From: Trichoplax adhaerens
Lineage: Eukaryota > Animalia > Placozoa
Length of the DNA stretch: 64,000 nt
Assembly (NCBI RefSeq): GCF_000150275.1
Contig: NW_002060946.1
Coordinates: 6,424,597-6,488,596 of the forward strand
Direction: 5' to 3'
Shown: positions 47,300 to 61,800 of the stretch, in pieces
How positions within the stretch are numbered: the first letter of the stretch is position 1
Layout of the letters: every line of letters begins with the position of its first letter
Notes under the pieces: generated by a model
Seen by the model: only the letters and a program-made list of their open reading frames with translations
What the model was told of the DNA's origin: nothing
Databases searched by the model: none
Program-made: the position numbers and the translations under genes

Positions 47300-50200
47300 T
47301 CATAACAGCAAACATTTATCCTTTGGATTCATGGGAGAATTTGCTTGGCAATCAAATACATCAGCAAATTCATGAAGATTAGATAACGAACCAATAACCC
47401 TGGACAAAAAATTAGAAATCGATAAGCTACAATATCAAATGTGGACTAATGCCTTGGATAGAAAATTTTTAAATTAACGAATAAGCTATCTATCAACCTG
47501 AAAACATTGGGGCTATGCAATTCAGTCATCTCGAAGTTTAGCAAATAGTTTAGCAACGATGTCCTGCACATACTCTGTAAAATGAATTCGTTAAATAAAA
47601 CTGAAAACAACAGCAATGGTTAAAATGTCGATGCTCGTTACAAATACTAGTCAGAAAATAATATTATCGTATGTATCAGCACAGACAATATGCCATAGCC
47701 ACTTCTAAGTCAACGTTCCATGCAAGAATAGTCTAAGCTAAATGGCTTATACTAGTATAAATTATTTCACGTTATAAAATTAAACTCCATTCTAGAACTG
47801 CGTAGAACGGTAATGACACATGTGCTAGACTCAATCTAAAACTGTACTAAATAAAATCCATAAAAATATATTCTTATTTCAGTGTTCATCTACATATTCA
47901 AAAATACAGGATTACTGCTTCAATGCCATTGAACTGTGATCAGATGAATATAACCTATTCCACATTAAATTTCATTCATTCATGCACCGAAAAACGTAAT
48001 GTAATCACAAATAGCATAAGCTAAAACAAATATCATAAATGTTATCATGACTAAATTAATCTTGCATACGCGTAATAGAGATATAGACAAGCTATTTTCT
48101 GATCAATCACATTAAAGCAAAATACTTTTGCAACCAACCTGAGCGTAATGTATGAAGAATAACTGTTTCCTTGTGAAATCATTTTTCTCTGCATTTCCAC
48201 AAGGTGAATTTTCAGCTTGATTTAAATTGATTTCATAGGCCTAAGTAATTTATTTTGCAGCAAAACCTTCAAATTACATAAAACATTAAATTAATTAGCT
48301 AAACTGCCACATGCAACTCACCTTGTAGGCTAGCTTTAAACCTTCAGAATCGGCTATATTTTCAGACACAGTCAAATTACCATTCATCTAGACAACAAAT
48401 ACATATTGTCAAGAAGAAAGATTGTTAGCACAATAAGAAAAACATTCATTAATTAATTATGCAAGAATAGAATATCAATAAATATATAGCAAATAAAGCC
48501 GTGAAATGGATCTGATAAGAATAAAAATGATCCCAATCAAACTCACATGTTTCTCATCTAATTTATATGATGAATATTGATTAGCAAAGCACTGGATTCT
48601 ACTGATATAGTTCTTTAAAATATCATTGTCTAGCCATGTCATGATATTGCCATATCGATCATGCTTAATACCTACGATACCAAAAAATGATGACAAAGAA
48701 AGAAAAGTTAATGTACTAATGGCTAATAGCGTCCTCTACAGCAAGCAAAAACTCTATATTAACTATACTAGTCACATTATAAACTAATTCTTGAAAGCTA
48801 ATGCCAAACCTGTAGGATCCAATGAGTGCATAAGTTCATGACCTATTATAGTTCCTAATGCAGCATAGTTAGCAGCGCTACTTGTATAAGAAAAAGTCAA
48901 GGTTCGATCAGTTCAGAGGGCTCGTCATCAATAGAATATATAGTGTAAGATAGACGCATATATCGACACTTCGATCAAAATTAAGTGATCTACTAACTTT
49001 GAATATAAAAGACTAAATATGGGCTTTTGCAATAGTCCAAGAGGAACAGCTGCCATAAATAACAAGAGTGTGTATTTCAAAAAGACTAACATTTATCATT
49101 AAATCGTTGAGTTTAGCTCAAATTAAACTAGAAACTTACCTATCGAATTCCAGGCACGATAATACAAAGCATTATTTGAGTCGATATTGATTAACCACCT
49201 TGAATTAATCATGTAGCAACAAATAGAAGACTGTTACTATGACTAAAATCCATATGCTAACATTTTCTATAAATTTTAATTTTCATGTTATTTTTTAATC
49301 CTCTTACAACGCTCAATTTATGATTAGTTTACCTCCGTCCTATTTCGGTTGGTTTTGCGATGGTTGAAAGCTTGGCTTTAAAATTAAACGCCTTTACATT
49401 CATTATATTTTCAAAGAAACAATCCTGCTTTACCCTAACCTGTAAATATTGTGATAAATAGCAAAGCTATCAAAATCGTCATGTTCAGTACATATAGTAT
49501 GTTGAAAAATGAAAGTAAAACAATAAAACATCGCAAAACCGCTATATCATATTTTCCAGCTATTTCCACTCTATCCGAGCAGATCATGAATCATCAAATA
49601 CTACAATGTCGTTATATACTCGTGTATCTGCAATAAATCTTAATTTATATAGAATGGAAAATAGTCATGATACTGATGTGAGATAGTATTCCACCCTGTC
49701 AACTTCCATTGCTTTATAGTTGCAATTGAATGAATATTAAACTCGTATCCAAAATAGCTTAATTACATATAGCATTCATAGTCATACATCGTATGTCCTA
49801 TTCTACGGTCTAACGTTGATAGTTTAGATCTAGTAGGTATAAAGGACAATGAATTTAAGCCAACCCATATTTTCTCTATCTTACATAAGCAAAAGCTAAG
49901 GTCTAAAGGCAAGAGATATAACTACGAGTACATTGGATAATAAATTCGACTAATTATAGATTTAAGAAAATATAAGCATCTCCACACTTTCGGAAAAACT
50001 CAAGGTTTAGCTAACTAGACTTCAGCTAATTTTATTATACTCTATGGAATCTATCCCATATATCATTTTTACTATGGCCATATATATCAAATTCATTTGT
50101 GATAGACTCCGCCATAATTAATGATATTCTAAATAAAGGTATACAAAAACAAATACTCCAAAGTATCGCTATATTATCTAAATCTCAATAGATTAACAAA

Positions 50201-53200
50201 CTACATCGCAGTTGATTATAAAAGCCGCCTTTTATTATGGTTGTCTTAATTCACCTATTCCCGTCCAACCCCTTATTTAATATTTTAATCAAATGCTAAT
50301 ATAAGCCCAGATACTTCGATGACAGGTAGATACAAACCATCACTGTCACATTATGGTATTGATTTATTCTGATGAAAAACATAATTGCTCGAAAACCTTA
50401 ACTTAAATTATCTTGCGTTCTATTTCCTATTGCGCAATTTACATATTATATACCTCCGAATATTGATTTAATAGCCCAGTGTCATTAAGTATCCATTCAG
50501 GAAATCCAATCATAGACGAAATACCATGAATCTGAGAAAGTAGAATAGAAGACAATCATAACGTGCAATCTCACCAATCGTATAAAAATTACGCAACCAA
50601 AGATGCTAATATGGTTAGGACAATGATACTGTAATATCTTAAGTATCGGAAATCATTCTACAGTCGTTATCATCTAATCACCCAAACTTAACTATCTATA
50701 TCCTGATGCTTTCATTCACTTTCTCATGCACGACACTATTAGGATTTAAAACTCACTTATCAGTCAATTTGTATACAACAAAACGTTAAGCTCAACAATG
50801 TCACAAATAGGGGAGAAAGAAAGTTATTAAGTTATTTTATCTAAAATTTGAGCAACCAATTGAAATAAAATCTATTAAAGCATTAGCAAGGATTTTCTGA
50901 TCGTTATTTAAGAAATAGTTTGCCTTAAAAGATATTAAGAGCTAATATATTATACAGGTGAACTAAAAACAAATGCTTGCTAATGAATATCACTTGCATT
51001 TTTGTAAATAATGTAAATAATGTAAAAAATGTAGCCATTTAACCTATTGACGTTTAGACGATAGTTTATATTACTTCTTAATTATTAATTACAATTCAAT
51101 AATGCATCTAGACAGCAGTTATTCGGATAGGTTTATGATAATAACATGTAAAGGATTGTGAAAGTTAAAATGAGTGAAATAAACTCGAATCCACTGAACT
51201 CTAAAATTGTTAAGGTCTCCTCTATCTAGTGTACACTACACATCCAGACATCATTTTATTGATTTTATAGCCACTCGATCACGTCATTAAACCCCTTATA
51301 ATACGGCACAACTCTACCTTGGTAAGCATTTCCCCTTTAAGTCTGGCACCCAACCAATGAGATTCTTCGACTTTGGATAAGAGAAGGGTCTTAATTTCGT
51401 TAACTATTTTTTCAACCTTGTCAAATAAGAAAATTTAATATCCAGAGTGATACCGTATTTATCCAATATTAATCCCAATACATTTTCGGAATTTACAACA
51501 CCAACAGCCTTAGTTATGTCAATAAATAAGCTTAAGAGCTAATATCACCATTTCTTCTTACCATTTTAATTTTTTCCAGCTTAACTTGATTTGCTTGAAC
51601 AAAGAGTGAACTAGTAATAACCCCAAAATTCTCATCAGACCACTTTATACACATTTTCCATCGTGGCTGGATGGACTTAGGGTAGCCATTAATTGCTGTA
51701 GTAAAATCATCTTTTAATTTTACTAATGGTGTAGATAAGTAAGGAATAAAAGATGATATCGAACGCCAGACGACAAAGTTGGAAAAGACACTGTATTAAA
51801 GAATTAAATTATTCAATAATAGAATCGCTTCGAAGACTTATACGACTGTAAAGTAGTAAGATGTCTATATATACTATATATATATACTCGTTACATAGAC
51901 TAATACATAATATAAATTTAACAATGACACATTAATCTGCATTCAACATGTTAATGATGTATGAGAAGTATCCTGAAGGGATTATAAAACTTGACTTTGC
52001 ACTGCACATTATATGGGCATATAGTCATTTCTTACTGTTTGTCTATTGCTTCAATTAGTTTGCACATATTTCTAAAATAATCTTCGTTATATATTTCAAC
52101 TTCAAGGTGAGAAGCAATTTTTATTTGTGCAATACTTTCTAATACTTCAATCCAGTTTACCTAGATCGTAATCATGAATGAAACATAGGTAATATCAATT
52201 TCTTAAATATTTAATCATCCTGGCTAATTTCTTAAAAACCGCAATCGCTCTTAAAATAGTTCATTGGATTATGCTTTAATGCTTTAAATCGTATTTTTAG
52301 TCAAATAAGTATTTGGTATATGAAATTGTAGTTACCTTGCTACATAATTCTTTCTGAATTTTAATAATTGGAATACGTTGAATCTTTTTCTTTTCATTGT
52401 TCATTAACTACGAAAATAGGAAGCTAAAGCTATAAAATCATCGCAAGATCTATCCGTTCGAGCACAATTTAGTACAGGCAATACCTAGCCACTAAATATA
52501 TATTCCTAAGTACTATGTATCTGCTGAATACTTGATTTAAAAAAATATCCAACATACAGTATATGAGTAAATTACATACATTTACGGCAATAATCATAAT
52601 ATAGGTGTAAGATCGATCTTAAAATAATTGATGAGCTGTATGTAGTTATGCATCAGTGATAGGAATTTTTTTCTTTTCGAGTTTCCACTGTTATATATAA
52701 TAATCTATGTTGTACAACTGGGTTCGATCAAAAGCAGATGTTCTAGAATTTTTTATATAAAATCTAGTAATTCTCAGCCGTCAATATAGCTACAGGAAGG
52801 AAACAATCAATCAATCACTGTGCTGTTATTTTTTGCAACGTGGAAATAAAAAGAATCATCTAAAATATGAGGTTGAAAACTGTGATCATAATCAAAACAA
52901 TATAGTACTGTTCATCGATATAGAAATGATAAAAACAGAAAATTACTGCACATCCTCAATTTTTGCATTTCATTGTCTTTAAATTAAAATTGTAGGAATT
53001 GCTTATGGCTTGGTCCTGGTAAATAGCAACTGCGTAACATACGCGTATATTACTAGCCAACCGACAAATAAACTAATTCAGACGCATCTGTTGTATTTGG
53101 CCAAGTACTAGAAATTATTTAATTACATTAATTATTTTGATAATGAGGAATTTTAACTGCAGTAAATATCTATTTGATGTTTCTTCTCTATCTTAACCCA

Positions 53201-55854
53201 ATAATACCATTTATTTCAAATGATGATCTATTTAGACATTTGCATAGATCTTTCTTTAAGACTAAGTCAACGCTCTCCATGAGGAGAATTGCCTTAAGGA
53301 TAATTTAGAATAATACACCGTTAGTATAAAAGGTATCATGATGAATTTTTTTCTGTTTTAAAATTTTAATGTTAGTCTAATAAGTCCATATTTCAGCACT
53401 ATATTTAATAAAATAAAATTTAATAGAATCTTTCGTCTTTACAAACAAAACTAGGTTACATAAATGTGTGTGTGACGTAGTGCTTATAATTATATTTTTG
53501 AAATAGAATAACAATATGTTGAATTAAAATTAGTATCAGCTTACGTACAATACTAGTTGAAAAAGAATCAATAATGTATTTGTAAGTAATACCATCCATC
53601 AATTGTTGAAAAAAAAATGCCAATTTATGTAGCTATAAAAGAGCAAACCAAAGATTTTATATCACTGACATTGTTTTAGCTGAATTTTTTTGATAATGTC
53701 AAGTTGAAATAGAACCAATTTCTGCTTTTCTGATGTAATTTACTTCAAAATAACAATTATTTTAAGGGCTTTTAACGAAACTAGAGGCTCTAAGATGGAT
53801 ATATTTCTGTTAAAAATATCTCATCCAAGTGCAATAGCAATAAAAATTAGATTAATTCTCTGTTGAGATACAATTCTACTACTGAATAGATTGTCCGTAA
53901 TAGAAAAGAATTTAGCAGACTCAATGAAATAGGTACCATGGTATTGCAACAAATACAGTAAATTGATCAAGTAAATACTAGTTTTTGAAACGAATATTTG
54001 TCTTACTAGGATACTAAAATATTCATTGAACTTAATGAAGAAAACATTATTGAAAGTATTAATTGTCAATATTTAGATTCATTATAATCATCACCAAAAA
54101 TGCGTTCCTTAACGTTAAGAAGACTTATAGTAGTTACTAAATGCTGATAAAAAAAATTATATTAAATAATATATTGCGACTAAAATTATTACTTCTAACC
54201 TAGGTTAAACCAAATTAAAACTAAATACATTACTCTCTATCCCACTTAGAAATTATGACCATTACAAACTACCTTCATACAGGTCAATTTTTGCCGGATG
54301 AACCCTTCAAATTTATTTATATATAGTATTGTAACATCAGAGGTAATTCTTTATTTTACCCATGACTGTCAATCAGTTCAGTTTTCCCTTAAGGATTATC
54401 GAATTCATTCTTCTGAATCAAATTGTCGATGCTTAAAAATTTGGACTTACTTTCACAATAGTCTGCTCAATTTGGATGATATCATCTAGATCCATTAAAG
54501 ATATCGATGTATGCCAAGTAGACTGTAAATGCTGCCAAACCTGTCTTAGGTAATTGCGATAGACTTGTATCTTGCCGGGGTCATCGTAGTATGTTAAATT
54601 GAAAAATTCTAATTTCGGTGGATGGATCTAAATAAGATAGTAGACATAGTAGACAAAGAAATGAACAATAAGCATCCTGTTTATTTCTAATAGAAAGACT
54701 AAATTATCATGCGGTAAGTGATACAAAACAAGACGTTTTAGTTTCAATTTTAAATTCAAGCCTTTCGCCTAAATTGAATACTTCAATCTTCTAATGAAAT
54801 TAGTCATATGTTTATACATAAATCACGTAAATGAATTGTAGTGTATCTGTAGCAGAATGAGCTTGAATCAAATCTAAATTTATCGACAAGCCTGATTCTG
54901 CCATAATAATTGAACGAATAAAATATAGATAGATTGACTTCGCAATCGTACTATCCGTAGCAGAATCAGCTTAAATCAAATCCATATTTATCTACAAGCT
55001 TGATTTTATCATAATAATTAAACGAATAAGATAAATTTCTATCGATGTGGCAATCATACTTGTAAAATTTCTCTTGAGGAATTTCGACCATCAGTATGAA
55101 TAACAAATTGAAATAAAGTCGGCACATTCCACTTCATAGACAACGTTAAGATTCGATGAAAATGTTTCGTAGGAGATTGTTTCTTGACATGAGATCCATG
55201 TTTGGATAGGGTGCTATTAATTCCGTGGCGATGGTTATGTGGAAGCAATTGCTGTATTAAGTCTAACAGAGGCCACGAATCCATTCTGTCAATTGTGGTT
55301 AAATTTATACAAGAATCATAAAACTGTCTCAATTTATACAGGGAAATATTTTTGGTAGGATGGCTACAATTAGCTTTACTACTGTTCAATTTCTCTTCAG
55401 TTAAGTTTAAAATTGATTGTTGAACGAGGAGAAAATTTCCCTTTAAGATTTCATCGAATGGACTCCAATGCGTATAATTCTGTAGTAAACGATTATTTTC
55501 TATATAGCGATCACATGCATATCGATAGAAATTTTCACAAGGATTAACCGATAAATTTAATGTTGCTGTTATATTATGTATCTTGTTTTGACCATCGATT
55601 TGAGTGGAATTACAATCTGTCGATGTATGTTTTCGTTGGTACTTTACTACGGTCATATAAATTGTTACAATCACAATCATGAATATAATAATAATCAGAA
55701 GAATTGATATTACGACAGCCCAGCAATCAATTTCACTTTCATCACCGCAACCGCTGCGAGTCTTTATAGTTTGATTTCCTCGACCAGAATTGTTTTGTAG
55801 TAGTCTATTTGTAGAATAAACCAGTCTAGATTTAGTAATATAATGTGATAACAT
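47300..55854 (-). CDS. M13 zinc metallopeptidase, neprilysin/ECE-like (copy 2, divergent), 16 exons
   Basis: First in-frame ATG at 55854. Exon 1 (55854-55060) has a TM helix ([22 protein letters not shown]) and [11 protein letters not shown]. Later exons give [58 protein letters not shown] (~48878-48810), ENIADSEG (~48387-48322), QLFFIHYAQ and HSPNVFR. The C-terminus is [14 protein letters not shown] (47300-47302). No internal stop or frameshift was found. Confidence 0.92.
54849..55035. repeat. Diverged tandem duplication (108-bp spacing) with terminal inverted repeat, in M13 copy 2 intron 1
   Basis: gtagcagaat.agctt.aatcaaat...caagc.tgatt...cataataatt.aacgaataa occurs at 54849 and 54957. 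Copy 1 has the imperfect inverted repeat gcagaatgagcttg / caagcctgattctgc. Confidence 0.8.
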
Positions 55855-58800
55855 TTCTGTTACATTAACAGTAACCACTCTTTCGGGTTAGCTAATCCTC
55901 TCAATTTATTACATAAATAAGTTGTATTGAACACGTTCTGTTACAAAAAAGGCATTGAAATTTCTGAAAGTATATCATTTAAAGCTTCTAATTTAGTCAA
56001 AATAGTTACCGATACTTCCATCGAGGACTTTTTTGCATACGATAACGACGAAAAGCATTCATAGTGAATCAATATTAGCGAATACCATGTAACATTAGCT
56101 GATTGAAGATTACTGTATGCTATTACAATTTTTGACCCCACAATTCAAAAGCAGAGTGAGCATAAGGTAGAGGCTTTTATAAGGCGATCTGCGATGACTT
56201 TGGATGCAATAATAGACTGACCAAGTCTGCAACTAATTATAAACATGATTAATATTCATAATGTCATTAAATGTAACAGTCGCTTTAACTATGTATTTTC
56301 ATTCACGAACAAAGATATCATAGTCAGGCCACATTATAAATTTATTAAAATATGAAAGGAAGAACAATAGCTTAGAATATAAGTTAGATGAAAGATAAAT
56401 TTAAGAATGGATCATTTTAAACGACCAAGATAAGTAAGTATAATCAGCGTTATGATCATTAAGAGGGTCTTGAATAGAGTGACTGCGTTACTTCATATAC
56501 ATTCCCTTGGGGAAGGATACTGTAATTTATTGCACCCTACAAGGAATGCATATTTATTTACAAAAAAAGAAAAGGTAACCGACGATATAATGGTATGTCT
56601 ACTGTGATCTTAAACAGAAATTTAGAATCATCAGGGACTTGGATCGATTGGTAAAAAGTAGCTAAGGGTATTGATTAAGACGGTTTACCATTGCTACCAC
56701 TTTGCTGGAAGTTTAATGAAAGATAGCTTCACGAGCATATGAGGAAAGGTATCCAGCTAAACAAGGAAGACTCTAGTTCTAATATTAAAATTATGCTAAA
56801 ATCAGTCAATCGATGCTGAGGATAGTGGACTTATTATAGAAATATTATCCATCAAATGTAAAATGTGGATCATATTCGATGAATTTTATGTTCTTCACCT
56901 CTGATAAAATCTTTTGTCTTAAATGTTAACCATTTTAATTATAAAAGAGAATAAAAAAATTTCTGGTATTGTCTGACACTAATTCTTTGGCTCATTAATA
57001 ATTTAAGACCATGAATGAAAGTGATCCCCTTGAATTTTCTATCAGATTATGAATTATTTATATAACGCAAACATAACTAAACACCTATTACACCTAGCTG
57101 AAATGTAAGATTAAATGAAAATCATATTCTAACGGAACGATATGTTAATTATAATCTTAGCTTACAAAACTATTAACAATATATTGACATATTAAGTGCC
57201 ATAACTGATTGATTTATTGACATTAAAATATTATTTATTCTCATCTATAGACAATAGTTTCGATGCAATAGATAGCCAGCAACAAATGCTTGGAAAAAAG
57301 AACAGATGCTACTGTTTAATATTTTTATGATTGCTAAGTAGAATCTACGGCTTCATTCGACTGCTAGTCTGAAATACTGATCAAACTACAGTATTAAAAA
57401 TTAACTTGCGAAGCTAGTTCTGTAATATCTTCATCTTAGTATAGGTAGTGATAATGAGGAGAAGAAAATCTACTCGTCATTAGCTACACATTTCACTATG
57501 GAGCAAACTGAAAAATTAATCTATAGAATAATATAAAATTAAAAATGCTGGCATTATGAATGGCATAATGTACCGTACCCTATGAAATTAGATCGATAAG
57601 CTTTCACCATAAATTGTCTAACTTTAATCTCTTTTCTATTAATAGATGGACTATAGTTTATAGGGTAGCAAATTTTAGCATTATAATTAATGGATTGAGT
57701 ATGTATGATGATAGTTTTATCCGATGTTATTATTAATTATCTAGTAAGTAGTTTAAGTTTACTGTAAATTCTCAACTTCAATGTAAGTAAACTTAAAAGC
57801 TAAATTAATGTCGGCAGGTTCTGGAAAAGTAGAAATTTACTGGAAAGAGCGCATTAGAGGGCATAAATTGTATTGGAAATCCTGAATATCTAATATCTTG
57901 ACATTAGCGGTAGTTGGAGCATAAAAGTGAATAATTCCCTACCTATCTGAGTCAGATCTACAACAAAATAAATATAACCCTATTGCTACTAAGGACAGTA
58001 GATTACTTGGCATATTGAAAGATATCACTCGCGTTGATTTTCTCTCTTGCTCAATATTAGTATATTTTTAATATTAAAATGAAAGGAAGCCAACGAAATT
58101 TTAAATAAATTTTAATTGGTGATGTAATTAAAGTTTACTGATCTCCATGATACACTCATTACTTGATAGGAGAAACGACTAAAGCGACTTTAAAGTTGAG
58201 ACTAGGGACGTACCTTATTTATATAGTTTAAAGCCACACTTAACTTAACCAACTTCGGTCTTTGCATCTCGGCTATTGATAGATAAATTTCATTGCCAGA
58301 AAGCTCTAATTACTTATTATTTTTAGACTACTGCCTCGATCTCTGGAATAAATTTGGCTTGAACTTTCTTCTTCATAGTATCTAGATTTGCTAGCTTTCG
58401 CTTAATGTACAAGATCCGACATAGCTAGCATGTGAATTGACGATATTTTATTATCTCACTACTATTACTAAAATATCGAGTTTTACAGTTTCACTTGAAA
58501 TTACTTGAATTCAGCGACCTAATTAACTCTGATTTTCAGTCTTTATAGATATACGCGATATCCGAATTAATATTATACTATGGACCAAGGATTTCATCAT
58601 AAAGTAGTAATACACTAGTCCTAGAATGTTTTCTAATCATGAAATTTATTCACTTAAATTTTTTCTTATGCAACCGGCAGAAGTGAGAATAAATCTTAAT
58701 ACTGCGCTGCTCAAATAGAGCAGCACATGGGATGATATTTTAGCCTTAATGTCTTAATGTTGATTTGCGTAAGCTAATATCGAATTAGTCTCCTAATACT

Positions 58801-61800
58801 CTTTACTTAGTATAACTGCTACGTTTATAGTAAACGATGAGATATCAATCAGGCATCATCGTATTAGATTTCGGTGCATAATACTATATAAAAGTGCTAC
58901 TGTTAATTTGGCTCATAAGAAATTGGTTCTAAAAGTCTAGTAGTCTACGTAACAAATAGTATTCCATTATACCATATGCTATCATTACATGGAAAAGACC
59001 CGTACAAATAATTACACCGGTAAATTGGTTTGAAATACTGTAAATTATGGAAACATGAGGGTAAAGTTTACATAATCAAAAGCAACTTTTGTCTATTGGG
59101 TAATAACCTTCTATATTAGATAATCTAATCTAATGCACCCGAGTGTATATAAAGTAGGAAAAGATAGTGATTGTCTACTAATTATAACAATAACATCAGA
59201 TACACTTTTGTTGGAAATTTATGCACGCATGGTTACATATTGGCAATCAAACGATCATTTCTATCTGCTTAATACAAGGATTGGATAATTAACAAACTTT
59301 TGAGGAAAAGTCAAGTACTTTGGCGAACAAATAGAATAACCATATGAATTACTATACTTACGTATTTAAAGCTATAATTGAATTTTTTATATAAATTAAT
59401 CTTAACTGTTAATAGAGTCGCGATCTAATATATACCGTGTAATTAGCTGTAAGCAAGTATGTCAGATATGGCCTGTAATAATCTCGTATGTACAGCTGAA
59501 GATCATTTATGTTCTAGAGGGTAAGCAATTTCAAAATAGAAGTGATTTAAGAATATAGCACAGCATTTTTACAGTACTTAATACAATGTATGATTATAGA
59601 TTACTATCACAACTAACGTCGAAGATGGTAATTGGACATCAAGTGAAAAAGCTTCATTTGTTGTAATTTGAAGTTGTGCAAGACTCAATCATAGAGAACT
59701 AAATTTTGTTACTATCGTTAGCCAGTTTGTTATATGAAGCTGAAAAAATATGAAGAGTAATTACCGGATCTTTTTCGTCATTTCTTATTTTTTGACTATA
59801 AAAATAATGCAAGCATAAGTAGATGTCTCATCCAAAAATTTATTGAAAATTTCTGCAAAGTCATGTAGTTAAGCAGTCCCAAAATATTGTTTCAACAATT
59901 AACGCTTTCTGTATGGTTCTTTCCCATTAACCGTTTCTGCTCTAATCTTGAACTGTCCCCGTTGAAAATTTGTCTTTTCAATGTGTCATAAGAATATAAT
60001 CATCGTAGTAGCAAGCCAGCAATCTCGAGATTATTATACAGCAAAGTCGATTTAAATACAGTTTAAAGGTAGAATAATAATAGTCCAGCGTATAGGCTAT
60101 GTCGATACGAAACACTGCTAAGTGCATTATAATAAATTTGTTTCATATGTAGCCAGGATAATAATTTCATATGTGACGAAGATTCAGAGTGTATTTTATT
60201 CTTAATTCTCTTTCCAACTTATGTACATCAATTTGCAAATTTCAATATGGAGTGTTCTCAAATTAAAAATTTATTGAATTATCAAATTCAAAATAGTATC
60301 ATCTTTGGGATCATTAAACTAAAGTAAACTAGCTAGATATAAAGTTAAATAACCACTAAATTTTTGTTATGAAAAAATTCCGTAAATGTTTTTAGGTTAT
60401 AACGTTGATCAAACAAAATGCAATCAAATTCTCCACTAGTGTTTATGCAAGTTTGCGCTCTGATGTTTTTTACAGATTGCGATTTCAAACGTGGCGGAGA
60501 TTGCTTAATAATTTCAACATGGTAACTTTTCTATAGACTTAGTACTTTTAACCGCTATACAACGTAAAGCAGCCTTACCGTTTCGTAGCCACTAGCAGAC
60601 CAATTTTCTTGAGTGATATGAATACCCTGTTACTTTTACGTAGAGAAAAGCCCTGCTAAGTATTTAGTAATGTTTCCGATGGAAGAACAAGAAATGCCAA
60701 AAGTCATTCATTTCTTACCCGCAATAAACAGCTATGTTGTCATTTCTCGTTAATTCAACGTCGTATTACTAACTAGTATATGCATAATATTGTTATACTG
60801 AATATTTTCAATCAAACAATTTCATGAGAAAAAGTATTAAAACTAAAATAAACCGTCTCTTAGGCTAAAATAAAAGCCTTGAATAACGTATAATTACTTC
60901 CGTTTCTTATCTTTCATACATGACTTTGTATCAATCCTAATGTTATTTAAATGATGTTGCTTGGTATTGAATCAATCGTAATCAGTGGTATAATCTAGTT
61001 TACTGAATAATATTTTAGTTTATGTGCCTGTATGTATCGAACAAACAACTTCCGTTATGTATTCGTATTACAGAATGATATTTTAGTTTATCTAATATAA
61101 TATATCAAATAACCGACCTCAGTCACAATTCTATAGACGTAATCGCTATTAATATTAGCACCCAATAACTTATTTAAGGTACAGAAAATAAGTTATTTGT
61201 TCACAATGGCCTAAAGCATAAACTTTGAGTCATAAAGCAGTACATGTATACATTTTAAAGCATAGCACTGCAGATAAAAAGGGATATTTTTATTGAATCT
61301 TAGTATTCAACTAGTAGAATGCTTGGTTTTAATATCGTAATAATCAACATGGCTTTACATTTATGCCTAAAATATTTACTGCTGGTAATTTGTTACCATG
61401 GATAATTTAAATTAGGCTATTGTGATCAACACTGGATGTATCTTTGCTATCAAAGGCGTAATATATTAAGTTCTTGATTTGCCACAACACATAATTATTA
61501 TCGTATTATTGACAAGATCCAGGTCATTCTGAAGATACTTTTCTTACTCCAACCTGATTAATAAAAGTAACTTTTTTGAGCTAGTCAATGTGGGCCAAAG
61601 ATAACCCGTAAACTTAATTTGTACTGTACGTATATTGTCTATTCAGCATCTTTAAGAAAATATATTTTTTTAATATAATTTACTTACCTGTACACGGACA
61701 TAACAGAGTATCACATGCCCACGCTTTGTACACATTATTGCGGTTAGAATTCTTACCTTTATTACTATTTCTTCGTTTTTATTTGCAAGATAAAATGCAT

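Noticed and set aside
47300-55854. M13 copy 2 as a pseudogene
   Set aside because: All 16 exons translate without stops, junction phases are consistent, and the zinc/catalytic residues are retained.
57815-57885. SRCR-like fragment GSGKVEIYWK
   Set aside because: A stop follows within ~13 codons and the SRCR G-x-V-C-D and Cys pattern is absent. This is likely chance.
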